A stretch of 64,000 bases of DNA, taken from Bdellovibrionales bacterium. GTDB lineage: Bacteria > Bdellovibrionota > Bdellovibrionia > Bdellovibrionales > UBA1609. A program made the position numbers and the translations under genes. Below are positions 33,057 through 42,839 of the stretch, piece by piece. Under the pieces are notes generated by a model. The model was not told the DNA's origin and searched no databases. It worked only from the letters and a program-made list of their open reading frames with translations. Position 1 is the stretch's first letter. Every line of letters starts with the position of its first letter. The stretch spans positions 384,001 to 448,000 of the forward strand of contig CBDHDF010000011.1 in assembly GCA_965261545.1 (NCBI GenBank), written 5' to 3'.

Positions 33057-33076
33057 CTCCTCCAGACGCCTTAGAT

Positions 33077-33658
33077 TCACCTTTTGACCGACATGAGCTT
33101 TACTGAATTTGAAATGTCACCTCTTTTGATTTCAGAGTGTTCTTCACAGTCCAAATATTTTGTTTCTACTGTAGCGAAAGGTCTTGTTACAGATGAGACT
33201 GAAATGCCCGCTTGAATTGCCTGCATAACACCAACGGCTTCAAGGTAATTTTTTGCTCTAAAAAACTTTCCTTTCTGCCATGGCAAAATTGAGAGATTGT
33301 TTTTCATAAGGTTAGCGTTTTCTTCAACTACAATGACAGGAATACCTTGTTCAAAAGCTGCTAAAGTAGGTAATCCTAAGCAACCATCAGGAATAACAAG
33401 GCAAGAAATATCTTTTGAGCTAAGCACATCGTTTGATTCGATACATGATCTTTCAATGAGTATCTTGGGGCTTCTATGAAGCCCTTTTAAAACACATTGA
33501 AAAAAGGATAAGGAAATTGCTTCAGCAGCCATTCGTGGATCAACTACACCTACATCCATATTTGCAATAGACTCAGATTCAAACATTGGTGAATGTACTG
33601 ATGGAACTCCATATTTTAATGAATAACAATGAAGTTCCATTGATAACTGATGAAGCAA
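33077..33658 (-). pseudogene. DUF3326-like C-terminal fragment
   Basis: HSP...VDPRMAAEAIS..F..CVLKGL..SP...NYLEAVG; shorter than the family and the N-terminus looks unrelated. Confidence 0.65.
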
Positions 33659-33806
33659 AGTTTTATATTAATCCGTGCTATCATAGTGCTATACAAGTAA
33701 AGTTTCACTCCCAAAGAGACACGACAATTTAATTTTATAAATTTCTAACCTGGTTTCGACGGAAGGATCAAAATCCGTCCGTGTTCAGCATAAAGATGGG
33801 ATGCTA

Positions 33807-35705
33807 CCTGAAATCCCTAAAAGTTGTAACTAGGTTTAATGTATTGCGTTAACTTTCCTCTCTTCCTATGGAATTGGCTGCTGTCAACGGTTTGAGAGGT
33901 TTAATAGTATTAATATATTTAATATGATTCATAAGAATTTGCTGCGAAAGGTCCTCTTCGTCTCCATTGGATAGATGAGGCATAGTGGTAGCCACAGCCA
34001 CCGTCACATTTGAAACAGATAAAAAACATCATTTTGTCTTGGGAAGCCCATCTATTTGGAAGGCTGAAAAAATATCCTTTTGTTTTTTAGACAGCTCTCC
34101 AAGCATCAGATCACCTGTAGCTAATTCATAAAATTTTAATCGGTCCATCATTTTGTAAATTTCTATTTTAGACATTTTTTTATATAACTTCTTATCTTTC
34201 ATAACAGTATCAATATGTGAAATTAAAATTAAAGAGAGAAAATTAATAAAGATGCTTCCCCTCATATTCATGAGAGAATGAACTCGACTTCTCCTTCCAT
34301 TAATATCATGCTTGAATGAGAAAAATACTTTCTCAATGATATCTTTGTTTCGATATAAACTCAATATATCTGTTTTCTTTAAATCATGACTATTTGTAAT
34401 TAATATCATAATACCCAGCGTAGAAGATTCTTCATTAATATTTTCTTCATTTAAAGAAATCTTAAATGGAGTGCAATCAGAGATATTGAGAAACCTTTTT
34501 TTATTTCCTAAAGTTTCTTTCATATAGGAACTAGCTTGTTCTTCTGATTTCAAATCTTTCTCAAGAAAGAGTTTCATAAAATCAAGCAACTCTTTCATTA
34601 ACACAGATTCCTCATAAACCCTTCTTTCTTTGTCTAAGAAAATATGAGCCGTACAATCAAATCCTCCGATTTTTATTGATTCTTTGCAATGCGAATAAAT
34701 TTCCTCATTAAAAGTAAAAGAGCATGATGGAGATTTTATTTTCTCATTTAAAGCCACAGAAAGCTCTCTTGAGAGTTTTGTTCTAAAACTCATGGGTATC
34801 AAATACTTCAATTCCTTACGATGCAGTCCCTTAATATTTTCTACACTAGAAAAACCCTTATCCATAACTAAACAATCTAAATCTAATTTATAACTTGTTA
34901 TGATCTCAATAATCTTCGATAAAGTTTTGACATCCGGTATACTTCCAGGATAGATTCTGTACGCTATAGGCGTATGAGTTTTATTGTCTTCAGATTTCCT
35001 ACTTATCAGACCTAAGTTTATCTGTTCGAGATTCTCTCCATCTCTGTTGTAACCTTTCTCTAAAAATTCATTATTCATAGAGTAGGAAGAAAAGGATGTG
35101 ATGTCAAACATTACCGTACCAGAACCCTTCACTTGACTTATCCATTCGCTAAAGAAAGATTCTATCTTTTTTTGATCTCTCCCAAGATCACATAAGAGAT
35201 TGCTTATTTTTTGTGACGACATAAAATTTTTCTTTGAAACATAAGCTTCTTGACACCACATATCGTAAAGATAAAAGGGCTCTCTTTTGATTATTTTAAA
35301 AAAAGCTAAATGCAAATAATGTTCGTAATTATCTGGATAAATTTTAGACAATGTTTTTAGAAGATTTAGTTGTTCGCATATTTTCTCTAAGAAAAATAAG
35401 GCTCCCACATTATAGGAGCCTATGGGAATCTTTTTTCTTTTGGTCTTAATTTGACCTGTAAACTCATCCTTTCTTCCAAGGTAGATGCGTTTTTGCCTGG
35501 CCTGCTTTTTTTCCTTGTCCCAAAAGCTTTCAACTTTATAGACATAGGTTTTTCCCTTATTTTTTTGCTCAAAAGTGTATGACATCGTTAATATTGTAAC
35601 TATGCTTTTGAAGAGATGACAATCTCTTAATCAAAGTGAAGGCCTTCTCAGACAATAATCAGGACTTAAGTCCTACACCTAGTTACAACTTTTAGGGATT
35701 TCAGG
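33807..35705 (-). mobile_element. IS1634-family element (complete)
   Basis: Perfect 29-bp IR cctgaaatccctaaaagttgtaactaggt; ATGCTA duplicated at 33801-33806 and 35706-35711. Confidence 0.93.
34029..35585 (-). CDS. IS1634-family transposase
   Basis: YVYKVESFWDKEKKQARQKRIYLG, FDITS, GYNRD, MDKGF, YRNKDIIEKVF. Confidence 0.92.
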   Translation of the reverse strand: MSYTFEQKNKGKTYVYKVESFWDKEKKQARQKRIYLGRKDEFTGQIKTKRKKIPIGSYNVGALFFLEKICEQLNLLKTLSKIYPDNYEHYLHLAFFKIIKREPFYLYDMWCQEAYVSKKNFMSSQKISNLLCDLGRDQKKIESFFSEWISQVKGSGTVMFDITSFSSYSMNNEFLEKGYNRDGENLEQINLGLISRKSEDNKTHTPIAYRIYPGSIPDVKTLSKIIEIITSYKLDLDCLVMDKGFSSVENIKGLHRKELKYLIPMSFRTKLSRELSVALNEKIKSPSCSFTFNEEIYSHCKESIKIGGFDCTAHIFLDKERRVYEESVLMKELLDFMKLFLEKDLKSEEQASSYMKETLGNKKRFLNISDCTPFKISLNEENINEESSTLGIMILITNSHDLKKTDILSLYRNKDIIEKVFFSFKHDINGRRSRVHSLMNMRGSIFINFLSLILISHIDTVMKDKKLYKKMSKIEIYKMMDRLKFYELATGDLMLGELSKKQKDIFSAFQIDGLPKTK

Positions 35706-35708
35706 ATG

Positions 35709-36719
35709 CTATTTCAATTGCTCTTCTGGAAACCCATGGAGTGAATGGCTGCATAAACTTGGCAAAGAGTTGAAGTTTTTTTTTGGTAAGAAATTGAAAG
35801 TCTTTTTCGTCTGAGGTCCTCGGACTTTTGGATAGGCAAGACTTTCTTTGTCTGGGTTTCTTTCTCTAAAGAGCCTTAGAAGGGCTTTTGTTTCTTTCTT
35901 GGTCTTTCCTAGAAGGTAGACGTATTTGTGTTTTCTGGGGATTCTACGGCGCAGACAGTAACCTTGTTGGCTTTTAGATGCTTCTTTTAACTGAATTACC
36001 ACATCCTTTGGAATCTGGTCCCAATAAATTGTAGTTCCGTCACTCCAGTGGCTTTTCCAAGAAATTCCCAATTCAAAGGCATATTTTTTATAGCTGCTGG
36101 TACTTCTAAATCTGCGGTCACTGAACCATCCCTTGTCTGGGTGATGGGGGTCATAATATTGAAAGCGAGCCCCTGAGTTTTGTCCAAGGTAGATAAAATT
36201 AGAAGCTTGGTAAATAGTGCCCAATTCTCTGGCTTCGGTGTCGGAGTAGGCTGAGAAATAACGATAGGAAGTATGTTTTACCATCCACCTAATGGAGAAC
36301 ATCACAAGAGAACTTGCTAGATTCTTGGGACTCCAAGAAATGCAAGCACCTCGACTTATGAGTTTCTCCTGGTCACGATAAGCCTTTCCTAAAAGGTGAG
36401 AAAAGGCATTAGGGGTACTCATGACAATGACGCCAGCAAGATGTCCCTTGTAGGTGGCAATAAATCGATGGGTCGGGCGATGGGGCATTTTTCCAAGCCA
36501 CTCGTGGCGAAGGATGAATTGTTTAATTTTTGCACATACCTCCTTATTATCTTTGGAGATGTAGGAAAACTTAAAGTGGGAAACTCGGAGATTAGACATT
36601 TCATCATAAGTCAGTTCGGCTACCTTTAGATCCTTGATGAAGTTCTTTTTTCTCACCTCATATTGCCAACAATGATTTTCATTGAAAGCATTCTTTCCTA
36701 ATATCCTGTCATTAAACAT
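35709..36719 (-). CDS. Mom-like (GNAT-fold) DNA adenine-modification protein
   Basis: FILRHEWLG, GVIVM, ISRGAC...KNLAS, AYSD....LGTIYQASNFIYLG, matching the Mom-family YSD/GTIYQA.NF.Y.G pattern. Confidence 0.72.
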   Translation of the reverse strand: MFNDRILGKNAFNENHCWQYEVRKKNFIKDLKVAELTYDEMSNLRVSHFKFSYISKDNKEVCAKIKQFILRHEWLGKMPHRPTHRFIATYKGHLAGVIVMSTPNAFSHLLGKAYRDQEKLISRGACISWSPKNLASSLVMFSIRWMVKHTSYRYFSAYSDTEARELGTIYQASNFIYLGQNSGARFQYYDPHHPDKGWFSDRRFRSTSSYKKYAFELGISWKSHWSDGTTIYWDQIPKDVVIQLKEASKSQQGYCLRRRIPRKHKYVYLLGKTKKETKALLRLFRERNPDKESLAYPKVRGPQTKKTFNFLPKKNFNSLPSLCSHSLHGFPEEQLK

Positions 36720-37013
36720 AAACCTCTCTCAAAAAAGATTTTGAAAAGGATATTGAATGAGCCATGAAATACCTCCTTATGGGGATGGGTTGGTTGAGCC
36801 GTAGGGCTCAGATTGGTTTTGGGTGGTTGGGGACGGTCTAAGTGAATACAAAGGGGGTCGTTCAATGATTGCCTTTTGTGCTTTTTGAGCAGTCACTACC
36901 CAGAGGGGCTAAGTGAGGGAGGAGGGGTTCTCAATTTTTGAGGATTTTTTGTTGACGACGGGCAACAAAGTGAAGTTTGGCCCTTTTCAAAAGGGCCAAA
37001 AAAGATGTAGGCC

Positions 37014-37298
37014 ATGGCCGTTAACAACAAAAAATCTAAGAAAAGGAGCTGCGAGATGGCAAAATTTAAACATTTAACAAAAAAGAAGCTTGAAGATGTT
37101 CGCAACCGTCTTTTTGAGGTTTCCAGTGGTCTTAATGGTTTAGGCTCTCTTTTTGAATCCCAATCGGGAGATTTTTGCCCTTCACCAGGCGAATTTTTTG
37201 GTATTGGGCAGTTAGTGAAGCAATATTCCCGTGAGATCGAAATTCAAGAGGATATTCTAAATTGTGGCTATAACAGCCAGGCGGTGAAAAAAGAGTGA
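37014..37298 (+). CDS. Hypothetical protein
   Basis: 94-aa ORF divergent from the Mom-like gene. Confidence 0.55.
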   Translation: MAVNNKKSKKRSCEMAKFKHLTKKKLEDVRNRLFEVSSGLNGLGSLFESQSGDFCPSPGEFFGIGQLVKQYSREIEIQEDILNCGYNSQAVKKE

Positions 37299-37545
37299 CG
37301 TGTTTAACATTTCACAAACTTACCTTGAAGAAGAGCCGTACAACCCACCTTGGCTCTTCCTCTATAAGAGAGGAGAGATAGAGTGCTCGATCTTTCTTAT
37401 GAGTCTAGGGAGCAGGGAAGTGAGAAGTGACAAAGAGTTCTGAAGAAGTTGGAAGAAGTCCAACCTTTCGGGAGCCTCAAATGAAGAATAAGAATAAAAA
37501 TAAAAAAATATATCAACCATAACTTTTTCATGAAAAGGAGCAACT

Positions 37546-37752
37546 ATGAAAGGTTTTATTCAAGCTATTATCACTATTATTTTTCTTCTTCTTGGATTTA
37601 ATTTTGGGCTAGAGTTCATCCATAAGGAAGTGAGAGAAGCCACCATTAAAAAGTTGAGTAAAGGTCTTATGCCCTTGAGTCCTGCGACTCAAAAAATGAC
37701 TGGCATGAGGTGGGCTCCTGTGGAACCCAAAAAGAAGACAGGCAATCAATAA
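37546..37752 (+). CDS. Small membrane protein
   Basis: AAGGAG RBS; N-terminal TM helix. Confidence 0.65.
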   Translation: MKGFIQAIITIIFLLLGFNFGLEFIHKEVREATIKKLSKGLMPLSPATQKMTGMRWAPVEPKKKTGNQ

Positions 37753-38071
37753 CTTTTTTCGTAACTGCTCACACTCCATTAGTTTCATAGGGGAGCGTGT
37801 GGATTCGCATGAGGTTCGCTGTAGGGAAATGGTAAAGCCAGGTCAATAAAAGGCAGTGGTTCAGGGGGCTCTCCCCGTAGTAAAAATTCACGGGGTGCCC
37901 ATAACTGAATTTTTGGAATCAAATAATTAGCCCCAATTGGAGCGAACCAGACACCGACAGATCCAAACAAACCGAAGTGGACCAAGGAGGAGGTGAACGA
38001 GAGAGTCAGGAGAACCAGAAGAGTCAACGCATGAAGAAATGAGTGAGTAAGAGCATACAAGAAGCAAGTTA

Positions 38072-38968
38072 TTATGGTGGAGCTTGGTTGCGGATGAGTT
38101 TCAGGTCCACTTGAAAGGATCTTATGACATTATTGGGGATTTCATGGGAGTCTGTGGCTTCCATGGCGTGAAAGTCCTTCTTGCCCCTGCCTTGGCAGGA
38201 GCCATATTCTAGAAACCCCGTTTTGATGTGTCCATTAAAAGTATGTATAGGTCTGATATACAGTTTATCGGTTTTTTCAACCATGCCCGCAGTGACTTTG
38301 AGGGATACGGTCACGGAGGAACCACCATGAAGCTTGATCTTATCAGAGCGGTAAGAACGACCTCCAAGGATGAAGTATAAGGGAATACTTTCTGGTTGCT
38401 CTTCAAACTCAATGGGTGACTCAACTTTTCCCGTATCATCCCGAAAGGAGGCTGTACACTCCCCACTCTGATAAACTTCAATGCAGTCTCGTATTTTGGA
38501 GTTCTTTCCTTCAAATGGGTGGGAGTTGTCGCATTCAAGCTCAGTCCATACGGAGGTCACATTTTTCTTATAAACCTCTGAAAATCTTCTTGTTATTTTG
38601 ACACCTTGAAGTCGAACAAGAATTTCATCTCCTGCCTTCACATGGCCCACAAAGACTTGTTTATCAACCATTTCCCCTTCAAAAATAATATAAGTTTCTG
38701 GCCCTTCTGAAAACTCGGCCCCCTTGTCATGGGAAGGGGGTTCTTGTGTGCCTTCACCTTCTCCAATTCCTTTGCCAGCCTCTTCTCCACCCCTTTTTCC
38801 GCTCTCTCCATTTGTTTCAGTTTCAACTTCAGAGTTTATATCTGGCTCTTCTGGAGAGGTTTCACTTATGGCCTTTGGTGGTGCCTTTGTTCTTTCAGGC
38901 TCCTCCCATTGACTACAGGAAAATAATATCATGGACATAAAAATAGTGGGTAAGATAAATGGATTCAT
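38072..38968 (-). CDS. Putative lipoprotein (paralog of 39100-40110)
   Basis: ILFSC lipobox; shares motif blocks with its neighbour. Confidence 0.75.
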   Translation of the reverse strand: MNPFILPTIFMSMILFSCSQWEEPERTKAPPKAISETSPEEPDINSEVETETNGESGKRGGEEAGKGIGEGEGTQEPPSHDKGAEFSEGPETYIIFEGEMVDKQVFVGHVKAGDEILVRLQGVKITRRFSEVYKKNVTSVWTELECDNSHPFEGKNSKIRDCIEVYQSGECTASFRDDTGKVESPIEFEEQPESIPLYFILGGRSYRSDKIKLHGGSSVTVSLKVTAGMVEKTDKLYIRPIHTFNGHIKTGFLEYGSCQGRGKKDFHAMEATDSHEIPNNVIRSFQVDLKLIRNQAPP

Positions 38969-39099
38969 ATTGAACTCCTTCTTTAAAATTTGAAATTATT
39001 TAGTTGTTAAGGTGACCAATGAGGCCAATCTGACTAAGAGGACCAGTGATTAAGGTTGAGCAATGCGACGAAGATGACTAAAAAAAGTGTCATAAAGCC

Positions 39100-40110
39100 T
39101 CACTCTGTCTCTTTCATAACTTCCTGACTAAGAATCTTTAGAGTCAACTCAAACTCTCTGGTTATTTTATGAGGTATGGTTGTTGATGAAGTGGTTTTCT
39201 CAAAACGAAAGTCTTTCGCATATTTGTTCGGACAATAAATGTAAGATTGAAAACCAACCTTAACTTCACCCTTGGATTCGTTGAGGGGCTTGAGGTATAG
39301 TTCGTTTATACCTCGAAGCATGTTTCTCGTTATTTTAAGGGAGGCAGAGAGATGTGAGTCATGATTAAGATCTACAAAATGCTGTATTTCCTCAAATTTA
39401 TAGTCCTGATCTCCAATTCTTAGAACTAAGTCGACACTATCTGTGTATTCATCCATATCAATAGATGTTTCACTTTCTCCAAGATAGTCTCGACGAGAGG
39501 TCATACACTGTTCCTCTTCATATATGTATCCACACCTTTCTGAACTGTTAAATTTTGAAGGTCCTTCACAGTAATAGTTTTTCTGGATTGTTTCTATGGC
39601 AACATCATAGAAATCTGAAAATTGAGTTTCTTTTTGGATGCCAGATATTATCTCTACCTTCACAAGGTCACCCTCTTTGACACGACCTACAAAGCGCTCT
39701 TGGTTGATCTTCTCATTTTGAAAGATGATATCAGAGGTCCTCTTAAAGCAAGGTGGAGGTGTCTCTTTCTCAGCTTCAAGAGATGAAGTTTGAGAAGGAT
39801 ATTGAGTGAATGTTTTGTCGGTGTTTTTCATAGAATCTTGGAAGAAATTTTCATCCTCTCGGCCTTCAATGTATTCTGCATTATATATACCTGGATCCTG
39901 GTCAAAGCCTTTCGTCCTTTCATTTTCTATTTCCATGGAAGGGTTGCAGGAGGTAGTTTCTAATTTTTTATTTGCCCCATTACATGCAAATAAAAACATT
40001 GGAAATATCATAGAAATTAAAAAGATTCTTGACCTTTCTGAACTGTTCTTAGAAATGATTAAATCATTATTTTTACACAAATATGGATATATATTTACGT
40101 TATTTATCAT
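39100..40110 (-). CDS. Putative lipoprotein (paralog of 38072-38968)
   Basis: LFAC lipobox; IIFQNEKINQERFVGRVKEGD vs IIFEGEMVDKQVFVGHVKAGD. Confidence 0.75.
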   Translation of the reverse strand: MINNVNIYPYLCKNNDLIISKNSSERSRIFLISMIFPMFLFACNGANKKLETTSCNPSMEIENERTKGFDQDPGIYNAEYIEGREDENFFQDSMKNTDKTFTQYPSQTSSLEAEKETPPPCFKRTSDIIFQNEKINQERFVGRVKEGDLVKVEIISGIQKETQFSDFYDVAIETIQKNYYCEGPSKFNSSERCGYIYEEEQCMTSRRDYLGESETSIDMDEYTDSVDLVLRIGDQDYKFEEIQHFVDLNHDSHLSASLKITRNMLRGINELYLKPLNESKGEVKVGFQSYIYCPNKYAKDFRFEKTTSSTTIPHKITREFELTLKILSQEVMKETE

Positions 40111-40454
40111 TTTAATTCTCCTAAAGGTTGTTCTCTTTAGCCCTTTAGGGTGTAAAGAGAGTGGACTCATAGGGCTCCCTATGAGATTACAAATTAATGG
40201 TGGCGTTATACCCCTTGGAAATGTGAAATAGTTAAGATATTAAATACTAAAATGATAGAAGTGATGAGGCAGTATCACCTCTTACCTTCGCTTTCTCCGC
40301 TCCATAAACGTCTCTTGCCTCTGTCTCTGGCCCTGTTTCTGATTTGCCCTACCTTCTGCTTATCTACTGTCTAAGCTTCAGCTTCATCTTCAGCCTCAAC
40401 CTCAGCTTCCTTATCGGCCTCTGTTCCTACCTTCACACCGGCCCCTGCTTCTAT

Positions 40455-41021
40455 CTACGTCTCAGTCTCCTTGCTTATGTCTACCTTTGTGTTTGTCTCC
40501 ACACTTTCATCTTCTATTTCTGTCTTTATTCCTATCTTTGTATCTTTCTTTGCTGTCTCTGTACCTCCCATTACTGTCTCTATGCCTAACTTTGTCTTTA
40601 TCTGTGGCCTCATTTGGACTCCTAAAATATCTGGAGTCTTTTCTGAAGCCTTCTTTTTGGGTTTTCGCCCTAGCTTCTTTTTGGAAATATTCACTTTGTC
40701 GAGATAAAGCTTGATGGACTCATCCATATTCTCATTGTTTGAGCTTTGAATGAGTTTTATCAGATAGGATTTCTTATCAAAAAATCCACGGGCGACATTT
40801 TCGTATTCTAAGGATTCATACTTCTGAAAAAATATCTTTAGAGAAGTATTGACGACTTTGGAGACACTCACCTTGCATGAATCTCTTTTCAGTTGAGTCA
40901 CCCATTCATTGACATATGACATAATCTCTTTGTCCAACAAGACTCTTTGAGATACATTTCTTTTCAATGAGTTCTTAGGTGGCAAATCTTTGTTTTTATT
41001 CTTGTGAACTAAGTTGTTCAT
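40455..41021 (-). CDS. Hypothetical protein of the conjugative operon
   Basis: Overlaps the upstream gene stop (ATGA); low-complexity tail. Confidence 0.65.
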   Translation of the reverse strand: MNNLVHKNKNKDLPPKNSLKRNVSQRVLLDKEIMSYVNEWVTQLKRDSCKVSVSKVVNTSLKIFFQKYESLEYENVARGFFDKKSYLIKLIQSSNNENMDESIKLYLDKVNISKKKLGRKPKKKASEKTPDILGVQMRPQIKTKLGIETVMGGTETAKKDTKIGIKTEIEDESVETNTKVDISKETET

Positions 41022-41683
41022 CGGCGATCTCCTTTCGATCTTTTGTTACGACTTCTTTGACGGGGTTTCTTCATTGACCCATGCGGTCCCTGTGGCCCCT
41101 GAAATGAACCTTCTGAAGGGGGAACCCAGGAGGAATCTCTGTCAATGATCCACACACAGTGCCCCTCGACGAGTTTCTTATTTCTGATCTCCCAGTCAAA
41201 ACATTCTTTGCTAATGCCAGGAGGAGCCACCAGGAAATCATGAACTCCATTCTCACTGGGTTCCTTTTCAGTGGAAAGTAAGGATGAAAATTTCTCTAAT
41301 TCAAAGAGAGTTTCTTTCCTCACTGCTTCATCTCTGCTCTTCAGCGAGTTGTGAATAATGTAAGAACTGGTGCCTCCAATTGTGGCTCCTATGAAAAGGC
41401 CATGCAGTATCCATTTTTTCCTATTCCTCTTCGTGGTGGCACCCACCATGGCTCCCGTCGCCGCTCCAAGACCTAATCCCATAAGAAGAGATGAGTTGGT
41501 GAGTTTGTTAGTGGAAGTTTCGGAATTTGTGGATGTGGAAGCGCAGCCTGAAATGAGCATTGTTCCAACAATCATTTTTATCAATATAATTCTTTTAATG
41601 GATTCCTCCTTGTTGTATTTGTTGTCAATTCTTCCAAATTTTTTCTCTTTTTTGTTCTTTTTGCTTCGTTTTTTTCTGTTCAT
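41018..41683 (-). CDS. Glycine-zipper lipoprotein
   Basis: LISGC lipobox; GLGLGAATGAMVG...GLFIGATIGG. Confidence 0.75.
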   Translation of the reverse strand: MNRKKRSKKNKKEKKFGRIDNKYNKEESIKRIILIKMIVGTMLISGCASTSTNSETSTNKLTNSSLLMGLGLGAATGAMVGATTKRNRKKWILHGLFIGATIGGTSSYIIHNSLKSRDEAVRKETLFELEKFSSLLSTEKEPSENGVHDFLVAPPGISKECFDWEIRNKKLVEGHCVWIIDRDSSWVPPSEGSFQGPQGPHGSMKKPRQRSRNKRSKGDRR

Positions 41684-42017
41684 TTATTATTATCTTCCTA
41701 TTATTTTCCTATTCTATTCTTATTTACTTCTTCCTACCTCTTCTACTCTCTTTCTTTTTCTTTTAACTCTTATTTTATTAATCTCCTCTATTGATTTCAT
41801 TTCTCACCAATGATTCGGTTTTTCTCTTGATTTCTGGCCCCCTCTCAGCCTTCAAAAAACACACTATTTTCCATTTTCATGAATCCCCCTTGACTAGATT
41901 TGAGGATTTTTTTGCAGTACCACATGATTTCAATAGGTTACAGATTTTTTCCCCTAGTTCGAAAAAGGGGCATACAAGGGGTCTATACAAAGGGTAGGCC
42001 CATTCAATATTTGGCTT

Positions 42018-42839
42018 TTACTTCAAGGCCCATCGGTTACTTTTGAAATCTGTAACCTCCACATGTTCAGGCGAGGAAAGGATATCATCAAATTGGCAGT
42101 AGAATACTCTGGAAACCTCACTGGTAAAAATTTCCTTTTCTATGCCTCGAATAGATTTTTCAATGGATTTATTCTTGCAAACATAAAGAATCGCTCGAAT
42201 GTCACTTAGTTGCAAATACTCAGATAATTTATCCCGAATCCTCCTTTTAGACTTCACGGTTGATTCATACTCCAGGGCTAATTTAAAGGTCTCATCTTTG
42301 ATCTTAACCTTAAAAGCACCATCAGAATGAATTTGGGTAAAAGACATATAGTCGCTAGAATTTGCCACTTCTTCACAGCATTGAAGAATATTTTCTTGTA
42401 TGAAATCTGTCACCAACTGTCTTCTACTTAGCCATTCCCCAACTTCTAAAAGTTCAATGTCGTGAATGGGATGGTTACTTTTCTTTTGCTTTTGGCATAA
42501 TGTATAGGGTAGCTCTTGTTTGACTTGATGGAGGGCCTTGTTTGTGATTGAGTAATAACAACGCCAATCATCATAATGGTCCATGAAGTATCTGAGTAAA
42601 TACTCTCCCCTGACCAGGCTGGATAAACGTAATCCACAGGCTTGGTAACTGGCACCTTGAAAGGGATATTTTGCCAGTTGCCTGAGGGTCCCCACCTTGT
42701 ATTTAAAGAGAAAGAGAAATAACTCTATATCTCTTTGGGTCAGTCTTATAGCACAGGGTTTTCTTTTTAAAGACCGACGAGTCTTGCTTGTTACTTCATT
42801 GACACCATCGCCATGACCACGATATGGTTTGCTGCTCAC
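42018..42839 (-). CDS. Replication-relaxation (MOBC-like) relaxase
   Basis: IRLTQRDIEL wHTH start, HD motif, SDG...ALEYES (D..ExE PD-(D/E)xK motif). Confidence 0.8.
   Translation of the reverse strand: MSSKPYRGHGDGVNEVTSKTRRSLKRKPCAIRLTQRDIELFLFLFKYKVGTLRQLAKYPFQGASYQACGLRLSSLVRGEYLLRYFMDHYDDWRCYYSITNKALHQVKQELPYTLCQKQKKSNHPIHDIELLEVGEWLSRRQLVTDFIQENILQCCEEVANSSDYMSFTQIHSDGAFKVKIKDETFKLALEYESTVKSKRRIRDKLSEYLQLSDIRAILYVCKNKSIEKSIRGIEKEIFTSEVSRVFYCQFDDILSSPEHVEVTDFKSNRWALK

Noticed and set aside
40344..40714. Plus-strand hydrophobic ORFs
   Set aside because: Antisense shadows of low-complexity purine-rich minus-strand sequence
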